This document shows, in pieces, positions 50,801 to 62,100 of a stretch of 64,000 bases of DNA (positions within the stretch are counted from its first letter, which is position 1; every line of letters begins with the position of its first letter). The stretch spans positions 2,323,130 through 2,387,129 of the forward strand of contig MU054391.1 in NCBI GenBank assembly GCA_013239625.1. Direction: 5' to 3'. This DNA is from Lama guanicoe (lineage: Eukaryota). Under the pieces are notes generated by a model. The model did no database searches and was not told the DNA's origin. It saw nothing but the letters and a program-made list of their open reading frames with translations. The translations under genes and the position numbers were made by a program.

Positions 50801-51049
50801 TTCGCAGCACACTTTCCCCGGCAGATGGGGTCCACCGTTGAGTTAGAATTTAACTATATTTATCAACATACTGGAGGTCGTAAAAAACGTATTTGCTTTT
50901 ACAAAAACTACTTAATGAGTAGTGCACGAATAATTTATAACAGAAATAATTAAGTGGGATTTTTGCATCCTCTCCCCACTAAAAGGAGTAAGTTAGCTCT
51001 GGTCGCCGATGAACTCTCAAATACTCATGTGCCAAAGAAGCGTGGAGAT

Positions 51050-51220
51050 TCTGTGAAGTGCGTGTCGGTGTACCAAGCATCAGAATCCCCAAATGTGCTT
51101 CTTCTTTCTTTCTGAGCCCCATCCCGATCCTTCTAAGTCAGAGGCGGTGCGGGGGAGACCCAGGTGAATCTGCTCACACTTGTTAAAACACTGAGTGAGG
51201 AAAAACTCTTGAAGTGCCAC
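51050..51220. mobile_element. MER5-like hAT MITE fragment
   Basis: gcatcagaatcccc...ctgagccccatccc...ttctaagtcaga. Confidence 0.45.
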
Positions 51221-52185
51221 ACCCGTTTTGGTGGTAGAGCTCCAGTAAACGTGGGAATGCTTTATAATTCTACAGTAAAATACTTCGCCTATTCCTTTCC
51301 AAACGGCTCTGGCTCAGTGACCGCTTTCACAGATGCAAACTGTTCTCCCTCTGTAATGTCTCTTACTCACAGTGTTCCCAGAAAGGTGGTGATGCCCTCA
51401 ACACCTACCTTTCTTTGCCTGCGTTTGTGCCACGCTGGGGCCTGCCAGTGCTGCCTGCTTCCCTCCCGCAGACGCAAGCAGCAGGTGCCTCGCTCCGGCA
51501 GACGCAAGCAGCACGTTGTGGAAACAAGAGCATTTTTTAAAACTGCTGCAGATAATGCTATTTCTTCAAGCAAGGCCAGTCAGCTGAAGGTCTTTCTGTC
51601 AAATCTACACACTGCAAATGTAAAGCGGTAGACGCTTAGAGGTTGGTATAGCATGAATCCAGTATTAAATGTTCTCTTAAATACTCAGTAATTTATATCC
51701 GCATTTGAATTGCCACAGTCCCGAAATTAATGCATCACTGTGTTTTGAATTTGGAGGGAGATTACTCTTTCCTGTGTCCTGTTAGCTCATTTTGTGCAAA
51801 GATTGCCAATGCCTCAGTTCTGATTCGCTGCACGGTTTCACCAGGGGTCTTCGAAACGTGATTTATTACCCATGACAGAATTTGACGAGGTCAGGGAGGG
51901 AATGGGGTGGACCACCAACGAGATTGGAAAAGCCACTTAAAACACATGCTGTGTAATGATTATGTTTATAGACCTTGAGTCACAGGCATATCCATAGGGG
52001 TGGCAGTGATAGAAGACATTAGAATAACATTATCAAACTGGTTTTTGCAAATATTATTGAAGTTGATCTCCCAGCTCCTTTAGTTGTGTATGAACTTCCT
52101 AGCACTTGACATAAATGTATTTGAGGCATAGTTGTCTGTGTACACACAACTTGCCCATGAGAGAAAAGAGATGCGAAATTTTGCT

Positions 52186-52272
52186 CTGTGTGTGTGTCTG
52201 TGTCTCTGTGTCTGTGTGTGTGTCTGTGTGTGTGTCTGTGTGTGTGACTGTGTGTGTGTATCTGTGTGTGTG
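52186..52272. repeat. Interrupted (TG)n/(TGTC) microsatellite
   Basis: Directly visible. Confidence 0.93.
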
Positions 52273-52784
52273 TAGATAAACACATTGGTGCTTTCGTTTA
52301 TGTGAAAAATAAGAATGTTTTGCCAGAACAAATATATACTGATGAAATTCCTTTTTGCTCCAACTTTTCCGTGTTTACAATTGTCAGAAGTTCTCCCTTT
52401 TAGTCAGGGCTCATCTTTATTTATCAATCAGTTTTAATGAGCTGTGTTAAAAGAGTTAAAACACCAACAGAGGTTTAGTCCTCAGGGTTTTTTTAATAAG
52501 AAAGTTCATGTTTTTACAATAGCACTTCCATGAGGAAAAAAACATAGGGTCTAAGAGTTTACTCTTCTCTGATAACAGCTATCTTAAATGATTTTATAAT
52601 TATCAACAGTAGACCCAGCTGAGGCTAAGAAGGAAATGGGGGAACCAGTTTTCAGTGTTCAACAACTTTGTCTCTTACCATGGCAATAAATACCTTACTA
52701 ACTTAACCTAGGGGGAAAAGATGTTATTTAAAAAAAACCTATATTTCCTTGACTATACATAAAGTAAAATTTGTGTTTATAACT

Positions 52785-53742
52785 GATTCCCAAATTGCGG
52801 AGGGCAGGTCCCTGAGAAACTTTCAGGGGCCTTGAGAGGTGGAAACTATTTTCATAAAAATACTAAGATGTAATTTGCCTTTTTCGTTGTGTTGGCATTT
52901 GTCCTGAAGGTGTAAAAGCAGCGTGGGTAAAACTGTGGGTCCTTACCTCGCATCAAGGCTGCGGCCCCAACCTGCACTCCATCACTGCTTCCCTCACCTC
53001 CTCCCTGCACAGGCGAGAAGAGCCAGTTTCCCTTACGAAGCTCCTTGCTGTAGCAGCAAACATCACCACGTCTCGACACCGAGGCTCTGTCCTTTCCACA
53101 GTCTGTCGGCATTTCTGCCACGTGCTGGAGCACGTGGTCCTCTCGAGGAAAATCGTTCCTATGACTGAGTTTCAAGCTGAACTAATTATTAATTTTTTTA
53201 ATTTTTATTTTTTTACAGGACACAATTTTGATTGGAAACAATGACTGAGGGACAAATGGCAGTTACTGAGAGTTGAATGTTGGACTAATGTGTCTTGAAA
53301 ATGAACACAGTAAAGCTGCCACTTTAAGGAAAAGTATTGAGAATATTTGTTGCATGGAATACACGGTGAGCTTTCAAGAAGAAATCAGATATCTGGATAA
53401 TTTGTAGCTGTGATCATCTAAAATAATGTTAAGATGCCTTCAAAATGCAAGGGAGGCCAATAAATTATGGAAAGAGCTCATTGGTATGGTTTTAGATCTG
53501 TTTTGCAATCAACCTTATTAAAACATTACTTGTTGAGTTTTGGAGTAGTATCAAAGAGGATTATCCTCAGTTATCTGAGAAGGCTATTAAAATGCTTTCC
53601 TTTGTTTCCCTCTATATATTTGTGTGGGGCCAGATTTTCTGTACATGTTTGTAACAAAGCAACATATTTAATGGGGAAGCAGATAGGAGAATCCATCTTC
53701 AATTAAGCCAGTCACTAAACTGACTTGAAAAAATGTAACAAT
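52785..53742 (+). mobile_element. Charlie1a-like hAT transposon with degenerate transposase C-terminus
   Basis: Start tttcaggggccttgagaggtggaaactattttcata. From 53529 it translates LVEFWSSIKEDYPQLSEKAIKML, then after a frameshift FPSIYLCGARFS, typical of the hAT dimerisation domain. Confidence 0.92.
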
Positions 53743-54734
53743 ATGTATATGTGTGAAGCTGGTCATGAAGTTTGGGAATACATGTCGTCTCACTAAAGTG
53801 ACACAAATGTACACTCTCTTAATCTCCATGGCACATCATAACAGACTAAACTTGTCTACTTTTATAACGTTGTCGTGACACAGAATTGCTTTTCAGAGGA
53901 TGAGCCAATCAGAAAAGAAGAGAAACACACAGACGTGGGACGTAATGTGAGTCAGACAGACAGACAGAAGGAAGCATGTGTTTTGTCTTATAGACTAGAA
54001 AGGACCTTTTCGTATTTTTGAACATTGCTTTAGAATTTGCTCACATCTCCTGAGGAAACTAGGCACCAGCCCCGAGCCCTGCCTGCAGCGGAGAGTCGCT
54101 CTGTGTCTGTGACACCTCTGCCCGGGGTGCGTGTGTCGGGGGGTGGGGGGCACCCCGCCTCATCAGGGACCCTGCATGGCTGCACCTTCTGTCACAACCA
54201 GCCTAAAAGGCAGCACGCTGACCACACTGGCGGCTTCGCCAGGCGGGGCCCAAACCACCTTGCGCTCACATACAGGGGGCTCGGGTCGGACTTTGTACCT
54301 GTTTCCTACCCCTTTATCCCACCCTTTAATTTGGAACAGATCACGAGGGATCTATCTTTTAAATTTTGCGTTAGCCTAGAAGGTAGATTTTTAAGATGAA
54401 GAAATGCCGTCAGACGTTTACATCCCGACCACGTGCTGAGGCAACCGCTGACGCCAGCCCAGGTCTGAGGAGGTCTTCCCACCGCAGCCAAGGCCTCTGA
54501 GGACAGGTGAGCTCCAGAGCACCGTGCGCCGGCTCAGTGGCGCTCCCTGCCACTAAGTGTCACTGTGCTTAGACCATTCTGACATCCAGACGCCGTCTTC
54601 GCAAAGGCGAGATGAATGGCCGCTGTGTTGGCCCTGTCTCTACTCCATTTGCTAATAAAAGGACTCCAATTATTGTGAGTGGGATTCCTGCCTCTTCCCT
54701 GGACAGACAGGCCCCATGACGCAATGCTAGGGTC

Positions 54735-54910
54735 GTGCATTTTGGAATCGGGGAAACTGGACCCTAATCCTGACTCCCCTTACTGACCAGACACATGACC
54801 AGCCTCCCTGGGCCTGGGTTTCCTCACTTACAGACAGGGAATGACCCTGCCTACCCTGCAAGGACTTTGCAGGGGTTAGCAAAATGACGTCCCTCACGGA
54901 GCCTGGTGAC
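54735..54910 (+). mobile_element. MIR SINE
   Basis: taatcctgactcccct...ctccctgggcctgggtttcctcacttacagacagggaatgac. Confidence 0.8.
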
Positions 54911-55259
54911 CTCCCCTCCAGTGGCCGGCGTCACTACACACAGCCTGGAAAACTGCTGTTCCCTCTCTTCCTTGAGTTTCTCAACGCTCATCCCAGTATT
55001 AAAAGTTATAACTTAAAAGAGCTGGATTCCTTTGCAACATGTCAGTTATACGGGTGAAAAAATGCCGTCTTTAGGAAGCAGGGATGATACGGTTTCCTGT
55101 GGTCTGAGAGTGAGCTGTGTCCGGGACGGGTGCCTCACGGAGCATCAGGGCGTCAGACAGAATAGGCCTGCTGACGCCGCCCTCGTGGATTCCGCCCTAA
55201 GGACCGGTGATCATGGAGATGGAAGGATGCGGAAGCGGGCCTGCGATGGAAGGCTGATC

Positions 55260-55686
55260 AGAGGCACTAGGGGAGACCCCTGGTGCTCCCACACGTCCAT
55301 CCGCTCCTCTCCCCAGGCAGGTGCAAGGGCGACACTGTGCTGCCCTCTTGCCGGTAGGTGGAGCCCTTGCCGAGTCCCGGCCACTGGGCTGTGAGTGGAA
55401 ACGATGTGTGTGGTTAAGGCTGCAGCTTTACTGGCTAAGGCTCACATTCCCTTTGCCCACAACAGCAAGAAGGGAGCCAGAGTCCCACACACAGCTGCGA
55501 GCTAGTGAGCGGTTGCTCCCTCAGCCTGGGTTCCCGGGAGGCTGCGGGGGGGGGGTGGGCAGAACCCCTGCCAAATCAAATGAGACGTGCATGTGGAGGA
55601 GAAGTAAATTTCTGTGCTAAGCCATCACAACTTGAGGACAGGGGCTGTTTGTTGATGCAGCAGAATCGAAATTAGCTCCATAACAC
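55260..55686 (+). mobile_element. MLT1J-like MaLR solo LTR
   Basis: gctgtgagtggaaacgatgtgtg...ctccctcagcctgggttccc...gagaagtaaatttctgtgctaagcca...tttgttgatgcagca; ends ataaca. Confidence 0.75.
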
Positions 55687-55929
55687 ATTTCAGCAATTTG
55701 GGACAAAGGGCTGAGTGGCAGCTAAGCTGGATAAATTAAACAAGCTAACTAGTTTGAAGCAGAAAAGGTGGTTATTGCTTTATGGACGGCATACTATAAA
55801 AAAAAAAAGGCCTTGGTGATAATAGAAAAATAATTGAAAAATCTACAAAGCAACAAGTTGAATTTTTAGAAAAGAAGGAGTTGCTGCTTAAACAAATGAC
55901 GTACGTGTTTCTTATGGAATGATGTGTGA

Positions 55930-56094
55930 TTTGAGAGCTAATGTTACATCAGACAGACCCGAGGTTGAATCCTGCTGTGTCCATTCACCTGCGTGAACAC
56001 GGTGAGTCACTAACTTTCTCAGCTTTAGATTCTCCTCCAAATGAGAATAATACTTTGAAACATTGGGGTCGCTGTGAAGATTGCAATAGTAAAT
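55930..56094 (+). mobile_element. MIR SINE
   Basis: tcagacagacccgaggttgaatcctgctgtg...gagtcactaactttctc...aaatgagaataata...gtcgctgtgaagatt. Confidence 0.75.
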
Positions 56095-56426
56095 GCACAC
56101 AGATACCCAGCATTATTTACAGCAGCCAAGATACCAAAACAGCCCAAAAGCCCATTAATGGATGAATGGATAGAAAAGATGTGGTACATACTATACAATG
56201 GAATGTGATCCAGCCGTGAGGAAGGAGGAGGTCCTTGCAAAAGCACAAACTTGCAATGAGCAGTAAATAAGCCATAGAGATCAAATGCACAGAGAATCTA
56301 TGTCTGAATATAGACAGTAATATTGCTCCATAATTACGTAATGTGGTAAACATTGTTACATCGGTCATATTACATAGACCTTAAACTTACGCAATGTTAC
56401 ATGATAAACGTATTTGCTGAAATAAA
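56095..56426 (+). mobile_element. L1 (L1MA-like) 3' fragment with internal deletions
   Basis: cagcattatttacagcagccaagata...atggatgaatggatagaaaagatgtggtacata...caatggaat; tail accttaaacttacgcaatgtta...aataaa. Confidence 0.85.
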
Positions 56427-59400
56427 CACACAGCAGATCCCCTGGACTATGACAGGCCTTCAAAACGTGTTTGTTTCTCTCTCTAACGCCTTCCTCCAAA
56501 TGAACAACCAGAAACCTTACCAAGAATTATTTCGTAGTAATTATTTCTTCGTATTTGTAACAGAAAGTGTAATTTCAAGAGGATGTTTGCTTAAGTACTG
56601 ACATAAGTACAATAATTTCACCATCTAAAACTAAAGGCTTTCTTTTGCCTGGAAAGGATTTTGGCCCAAACATTCAGGTCTTTCTAGCAAATTCCATCCT
56701 AAGCCACCCTGATGGCTGCGTGATTAGCAGTGAGTTTTGTACGACAGGTGGCCTTGAAATGTTTGGCTCTATTTCCCCTCAGAGTAAAATGTGTTGCTGT
56801 TTTTACATATTCCCCCTTTTGAAAAAGAAAACACGCACTCAGATACCACAAACCTTTATTCCTCTGTTCCTTTGAATAGTTTGAATAAATAGCTCACTTC
56901 TCATTCTTGGCCCCCAAGACCAGGCTGGCCCCGCCGGACAACGGGTGCTGGGAAGAAAACATTTTCCACCTGAGTTAGGACAACGTGGCCCCCAGGAGTC
57001 TCTCCTTCTGTGTGTATCACTTATGAACTTTGTGGGTCCTGCCACGCAGCGGACTGAACGGAGAGGAGAGAGCAAGATCCCCTGGAATTCCCCGAGCTGA
57101 TGGAGTGTCTGGCGTCCAAGGGGGACACCGTGCCTCGAGAGCGCCTTCTTGCGGGAAGTGTGATTATAATCCTGAGCCACTGAGCGACGGCGTAAATGCT
57201 CACGAACCAACCTGCAGCACGTGGAGGGTCCACAAAGCCTGCAAAAGAAAGGTTTCCACTTAGGCCTGAAGTTATATTTTTCACCCGCATTGGAAAGAAT
57301 GCGCTCTGAAGGGCTGCTTGAAGGGAAAGAGAATGTGGAGCCTCGAGGAAGTAGCTCGGAGCCTGTTCGTGAGGACAGCCTGTCCTCCCAAGTCAGACCT
57401 GTGCCCACCGTCCCCGGGTGTGAGGTGTGGGCGGGGCTGAGGGCCACCCCCGGAAGGACACTGGTGACAGAAGAGGGGGCAGCAGGGGCAACCTGGAGAG
57501 ATGGCTTCAGAGAAGTCGCAAGAAGGAAGACCTGGCTTCGACACTGAGTTACTAACAAGGCTGGAGTCAAATAATGAGCGAAAGGGCCCAGAAACGCCTC
57601 CTTGCATGGTCTGCGCAGAGGCCAGACGGGATGTGGACGTGGGGGGCCAGACCCTCCTCCGGAGCCGCCTCTTGCTCTTCAGACGCAGACTTGGTGGCCG
57701 ACACGTGGTTATCCGTCACCTGTCTGCTGTAAACCCGAGGCCGTCGTCACCTCTTCCAAAAATTATCAAATAAAATTGCAAGGGGTTATGCAAGGGAAGA
57801 AACTTGTTTTCTAAATACATATGTGACAGTTCGCTTTTAAGAGAGGTGGGAGGACCGTGTGATTCACTCAGGTGTCTGTGCCGCTTGGACACACCAGGAG
57901 ATGTGTGGCTTTGAGTATGTGGGATGGAAGAGGATGACACATAACCCACAGAGAGAGCTGCCTGGCACTGTCCAGTGTCATCTTCTAAGGACAGAATAAT
58001 CTGCTAGTCAGAATTTTGAGCACTCGCTATGGACTTTATTAATAATAATAATAACAATAACTGTAAATGGTTGAAGTTTACCCAATAGGATATTATACAG
58101 TTATATGCTTATTAAAAAATCACACTTCAATACAAATTGTATATGGAAACAAATAATGAAACCACATAAAAGGTGCATCGCTAAGGGAAGCAAGGCTGGC
58201 GACGGCCACAAGTACCAGGAATCCAGAGGAGGAAGGGACTTCAGCTCCTGCAAAGGGACCGGCTTGATAGAGTAAAGATCTCTGCTGCACCGCAGACCGA
58301 CTGGGCTCCAGAGTGGCGAGCGTGACCTGGGAGGGGAAGGACGTGGCCCCTGCGGACGGGGCGCCGCAGGACTCGCACAGGAGGCCTCGCTTGGGCTGAA
58401 GCTGGAAACGAGCCTGCGGGAGGCTTCCCGGGGCGGCTGGAGCGGGTCATGGTGAAGCAGGAGTTACAGAAGATGAGCTGCCCATCCCTGAGGACGTGGA
58501 AGCGGTCCTCGCGGGCTTGTGCGGCTGCGCAGATCACAGGCGTCCGAGTGTGGATGAGACACGCGCGCCAGGGAAAGTGCACAGGGAGTGTCTGGGACGT
58601 TCTGGGTGGCTCTAGTTAACGATGCCTCTGATTTAATATGAGCTGTTAAAGAGAATCACTGCATTTCAACCAAATTATTGCGCCACTAAAACCGCCCGTC
58701 AGCCTGTCACTGCGGTGCCTGCAACTTGAGCCCTCGGAGGATTTACCTTTCCTGCAAGATTCCACCTTCTTATCATAAAAGTGTAGATAAATAACTCAAG
58801 CGCATGCAGAAATTCTTTTAACACTTTTCAGGGAACTGCTTTAAGGGTCCAGGGACCCCCGGCCCCTCAACTCAGCAGAACAGCTTAGCATGAGAATCTT
58901 GGCTGCAAAACTCAGGCATTCTGCACTGGCAGATGGGGTGTGTGGCCATTTTTGAAGAGGAACAAATGTATGAATTTAATTAGAAAGGGTTTGACAAGCT
59001 CCTTTTCTTCAGCTGCATAATTTTGGAGACAATTGGGATAAAGTGCATGCTTTGCTTTTCCTTATAATGATGCGTTGTTGCAACATTTTCTCTTTCTTCT
59101 TTTTTTCTGATTTTTCTCTATGCTCACCTCAGTTTAGGAGCTCATAAATGGTGGCGTTTATACAACTTTTTTTTTCAGATTTGTGGCAAAGGCTGGCTGT
59201 GTCTGTGATGCTCTGAACACATGGGCACTGAATGTGTGGCCGTCCGAGCGCTGGGGCAGCCTGCCTAAGAGACGGTGCGCCTCTCACCGCCTTGAGCCGT
59301 TTGTCAGGGTGCTGCGGGGTGGACGGGATGCGGTCTTTCCAGAAGTTGGGTCTCAGTGCCTTACATTATTTTTATGGGTGATATTTTAGAGGCACAATCT

Positions 59401-59599
59401 CTGGCCTCACTGTCTATTAAAGGAAGAACTGAGGACAAAGGACGCATCCTTAATCTCAGTCCAGTTCTTGATATTAAACAGCACAAGCTCGTCAAGGGTC
59501 AGCGTGGGTGGTGCGCTTGTCTCAGGAGACAACAGCTCTCTCCTGATGTGTTTTATTCGTACGAGGATTGCATGAGAAACTGACGGCACAGACGTGCCG

Positions 59600-59730
59600 T
59601 AAGCAAGACTCTCTTTGACTCTCAGGTATGTCTTTAATATGTAAAATGGACATAATACCAGCCTTACTTACATTTCAGGCTAAGGCTAATTAGGAGCCAT
59701 AACACGTGTACCAAGGCGTTCAGACGAGAC
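59600..59730 (+). mobile_element. MIR fragment
   Basis: tgtaaaatggacataataccagcc matches the MIR core. Confidence 0.55.
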
Positions 59731-60029
59731 GGAGCTCCGCGTTGTGTGAGCCTTTCACGAGCCCTGGCGTCAGAGCGTCCCTCAAAAGCCAGCCACCTGT
59801 TTCTTGAGGATTTTGGCACCTGAACTGCATCGAACAGCCTAAATCTTTAGTTCACTTTATGAGTCATCGTCATTCTTCATCTGTCTGTTGAAACCTGGCA
59901 GTGACTCATGGAATAGAAATATGCACTTTTATGGCTTCGGAGCACGTCCTGGTCATCACTACTTGAACTTGTCTGTAGTGTATCTGCGTCCTTAGAGGAC
60001 ACGGCTGCTCATAAGGGAGATAAACATGA

Positions 60030-60431
60030 AGGAGGTGGATACCTGCAGGTGACACTGAAGCCCGACACCCCCTCTCCCCACCTGAGCACTTCAGGACTGA
60101 GGACGGGGGATGCTGCCTGCTGACAGCCCTCCGCTACAGCGGTCCTCCTCTCCAGGGGTTGAACCCACTTTTGGGGGTGGCCTGAACCCAGACTGGCCAT
60201 GTGGTGATGCAATTGTCCAGTCCTTTTTCTCATTTGGAACAATTCTGAGGGCTTATCCCAGATTTCAAGCTTCCTGTCAGGTTGGCTGAACTTTATATTG
60301 TGACTCTACCACCACCTAAATTCTTCCTCTGCAACCCCGAATTCTCCCCCCCCACCTTGGGCTTGTGTTAATCCCAAAGACCCTCCCGGAAAAAAGTCTT
60401 GTCTTAGAGCCCACCTACCAGAGGACCCATC
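60030..60431 (+). mobile_element. LTR16-like ERVL LTR; the last few bases are displaced to about 60898-60905 by the MLT1 insertion
   Basis: gctgacagccctccgct...ggaacaattctgagggc...aagcttcctgtcaggttggctga...tgtcttagagcccacctaccagaggaccca resembles LTR16 3' halves. Confidence 0.7.
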
Positions 60432-60892
60432 TGTATGAGTAATGTTGCGTCTACCCAAAAGATAGGTTGATTTCCTAACTCCAGGTACCTCTAATTGTGA
60501 CCTTGCTTGGAAATAGGGTCTTGGCAGATGCCATTCAGTTAAGATGAGGTCATTATGTTGAGCCCTAGTGCAATACGACAGGTGCCCTTATCGGGGGAGG
60601 GGGTGGGACATCATGTGAAGATGGAAACACAGAAGAAGGTATCATGTGATGACAGAGGCAGAGTTTGGGGCGAAGCAGCTGTAGGTCAGGGAATTCCAAG
60701 GGCCAGCAGCTGCCCCCAGCAGGCAGAGAGAGGCAAGAGAAGGTTCTTGCCAGATTCTCAGAGGGAGCATGACCCTGAAGGCACCTTGATTTTGGACTCA
60801 TAGACTACAGAACTGTGAAAGAATACATTTTTGCTAATTTAAGCCTCCCAGTTTAGTGCACTTTGTTGCAGCAGCCACAAGAAGCCAGTACA
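60432..60892 (+). mobile_element. MLT1C-like MaLR solo LTR, full length
   Basis: TG...CA ends; perfect 5-bp TSD CCATC at 60427-60431 and 60893-60897; internal gtgaccttgcttggaaatagggtc, ttaagatgaggtca, caccttgattttggact, cagaactgtga. Confidence 0.95.
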
Positions 60893-60905
60893 CCATCCTT
60901 CAACA

Positions 60906-62100
60906 GTTACCCCAAAAGTGGCCCAAGAAAGCAGACACTGAAATTGGATCCTAGGGTAGAGCTGCCTGCTGGACGGTTAATAATGAAGAACCCACGATAT
61001 ACGGGACACACATAGACCCATGCACACGTTGAAGTACAATCGCTAGAACTTTCATGAGCATGAAATGGGTTGAGAAACCAGTTGAAGGAAATGGATTAAA
61101 GGACTAAACACACCAGACATTTGAGAAACATGGGACAGAGAGTGATGATAAGGACGATGGAGTTAACTGAGTGTTGAGGAAAATTATTATTTGGAAAAAC
61201 ATAATGAAAAGTGAAAACATGTAATCGGCCATTGAAGGCTGGGTGTAAAAGTCAGAGTCCTGCTTCAGAGACACGATGCCACAGCATGGCACCTACCTGT
61301 CAAAGAACTTGTCCTCTGCATGCTCCAGAACCGATGGGACTTCCCACTCAGTCAGGTTGCCCGGGTCAGATTGGGAAAACGCAGGTCCTGGGCAGTGAGG
61401 TGGGGACACGTGCACTGACACACCCGAAAAGTGTGCCCCAGAGTCCCCTGGCCCCGCTGGCTCCCAGAAGAGCCCTACCCCTTCCGCTCCAGGCTAGCTC
61501 TCTGCTTTTCTTGAAGAAGCGGCAGAGACATCGCTTGGCCAGGCAAACTGTCCCCATCAAGATCCAGCCCAGTACCCACAGCTGGGAAAGGCAGAGCCCG
61601 CCAGGAGAAGACCAGCAAGGCGGCAGGCACCTGGCAGTTTCAGCCCCTCCACACTGCAGCTTGTCGCCAGCCCCTCAAAGGCAAGGTGGAGACTACGTCC
61701 CTGAGTTGACACCCATGATGGTGGAAGTCACCCCTCTGGCACTGTGGGGCATCGCAGTGCTGCTGGGAAGTGGGCACCAGCTTAGACTTCCTGTGTGCCA
61801 TCTTGAGGCATGCCACCTAAAACCATGACCCCCGTGTGGGGCTGGGTCCCCAGGTCTGGGAAACAATGGGCGGAGATAAGAATGGCTCTGCTTAAAGTCA
61901 CTTCCAGGGACCTACTTCAGATAACCTGGGATTTCTTTTCCTGGGACTCTGGTCTTTGCAGGGTTACAGGTTCTGGTTCTCAAGGGAGACAGATCTCACC
62001 AGGGGCAGCGTAAGTTCCCACTGAATTAGAAGCCGTGGCTGCTGCCCAGGCAGTTCATACGCCTCATGGCAGCAGCAAGTCAGAGGACTCGTCTTAGGAT
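60906..62100 (+). pseudogene. Heavily deleted ERVL internal region with gag and dUTPase remnants
   Basis: cagattgggaaa...gtggggacacgtg near 61367 resembles the ERVL gag IGKEWDP..W.GD segment. 61937-62068 translates FPGTLVFAGLQVLVLKGDRSHQGQRKFPLN*KPWLLPRQFIRLM, similar to ERVL dUTPase as I recall it (PTTLCSAGLEVLVPEG...PLNWKLRLPPGHFGLLM). Confidence 0.75.

Noticed and set aside
53467..53706. ORF with hAT transposase motifs as a domesticated ZBED/Buster-like gene
   Set aside because: Motifs are split across frames and the element is heavily deleted, so it is a dead Charlie1a copy.
56839..57570. Longest ORF in the track (243 aa, minus strand)
   Set aside because: Low-information Ser/Pro/Arg-rich translation, overlapping ORFs on both strands, and no recognisable family.
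61211..61828. 205-aa ORF as an intact Gag-derived gene
   Set aside because: It lies in a decayed ERVL internal region, and the gag-like motif drifts out of frame after QIGK.
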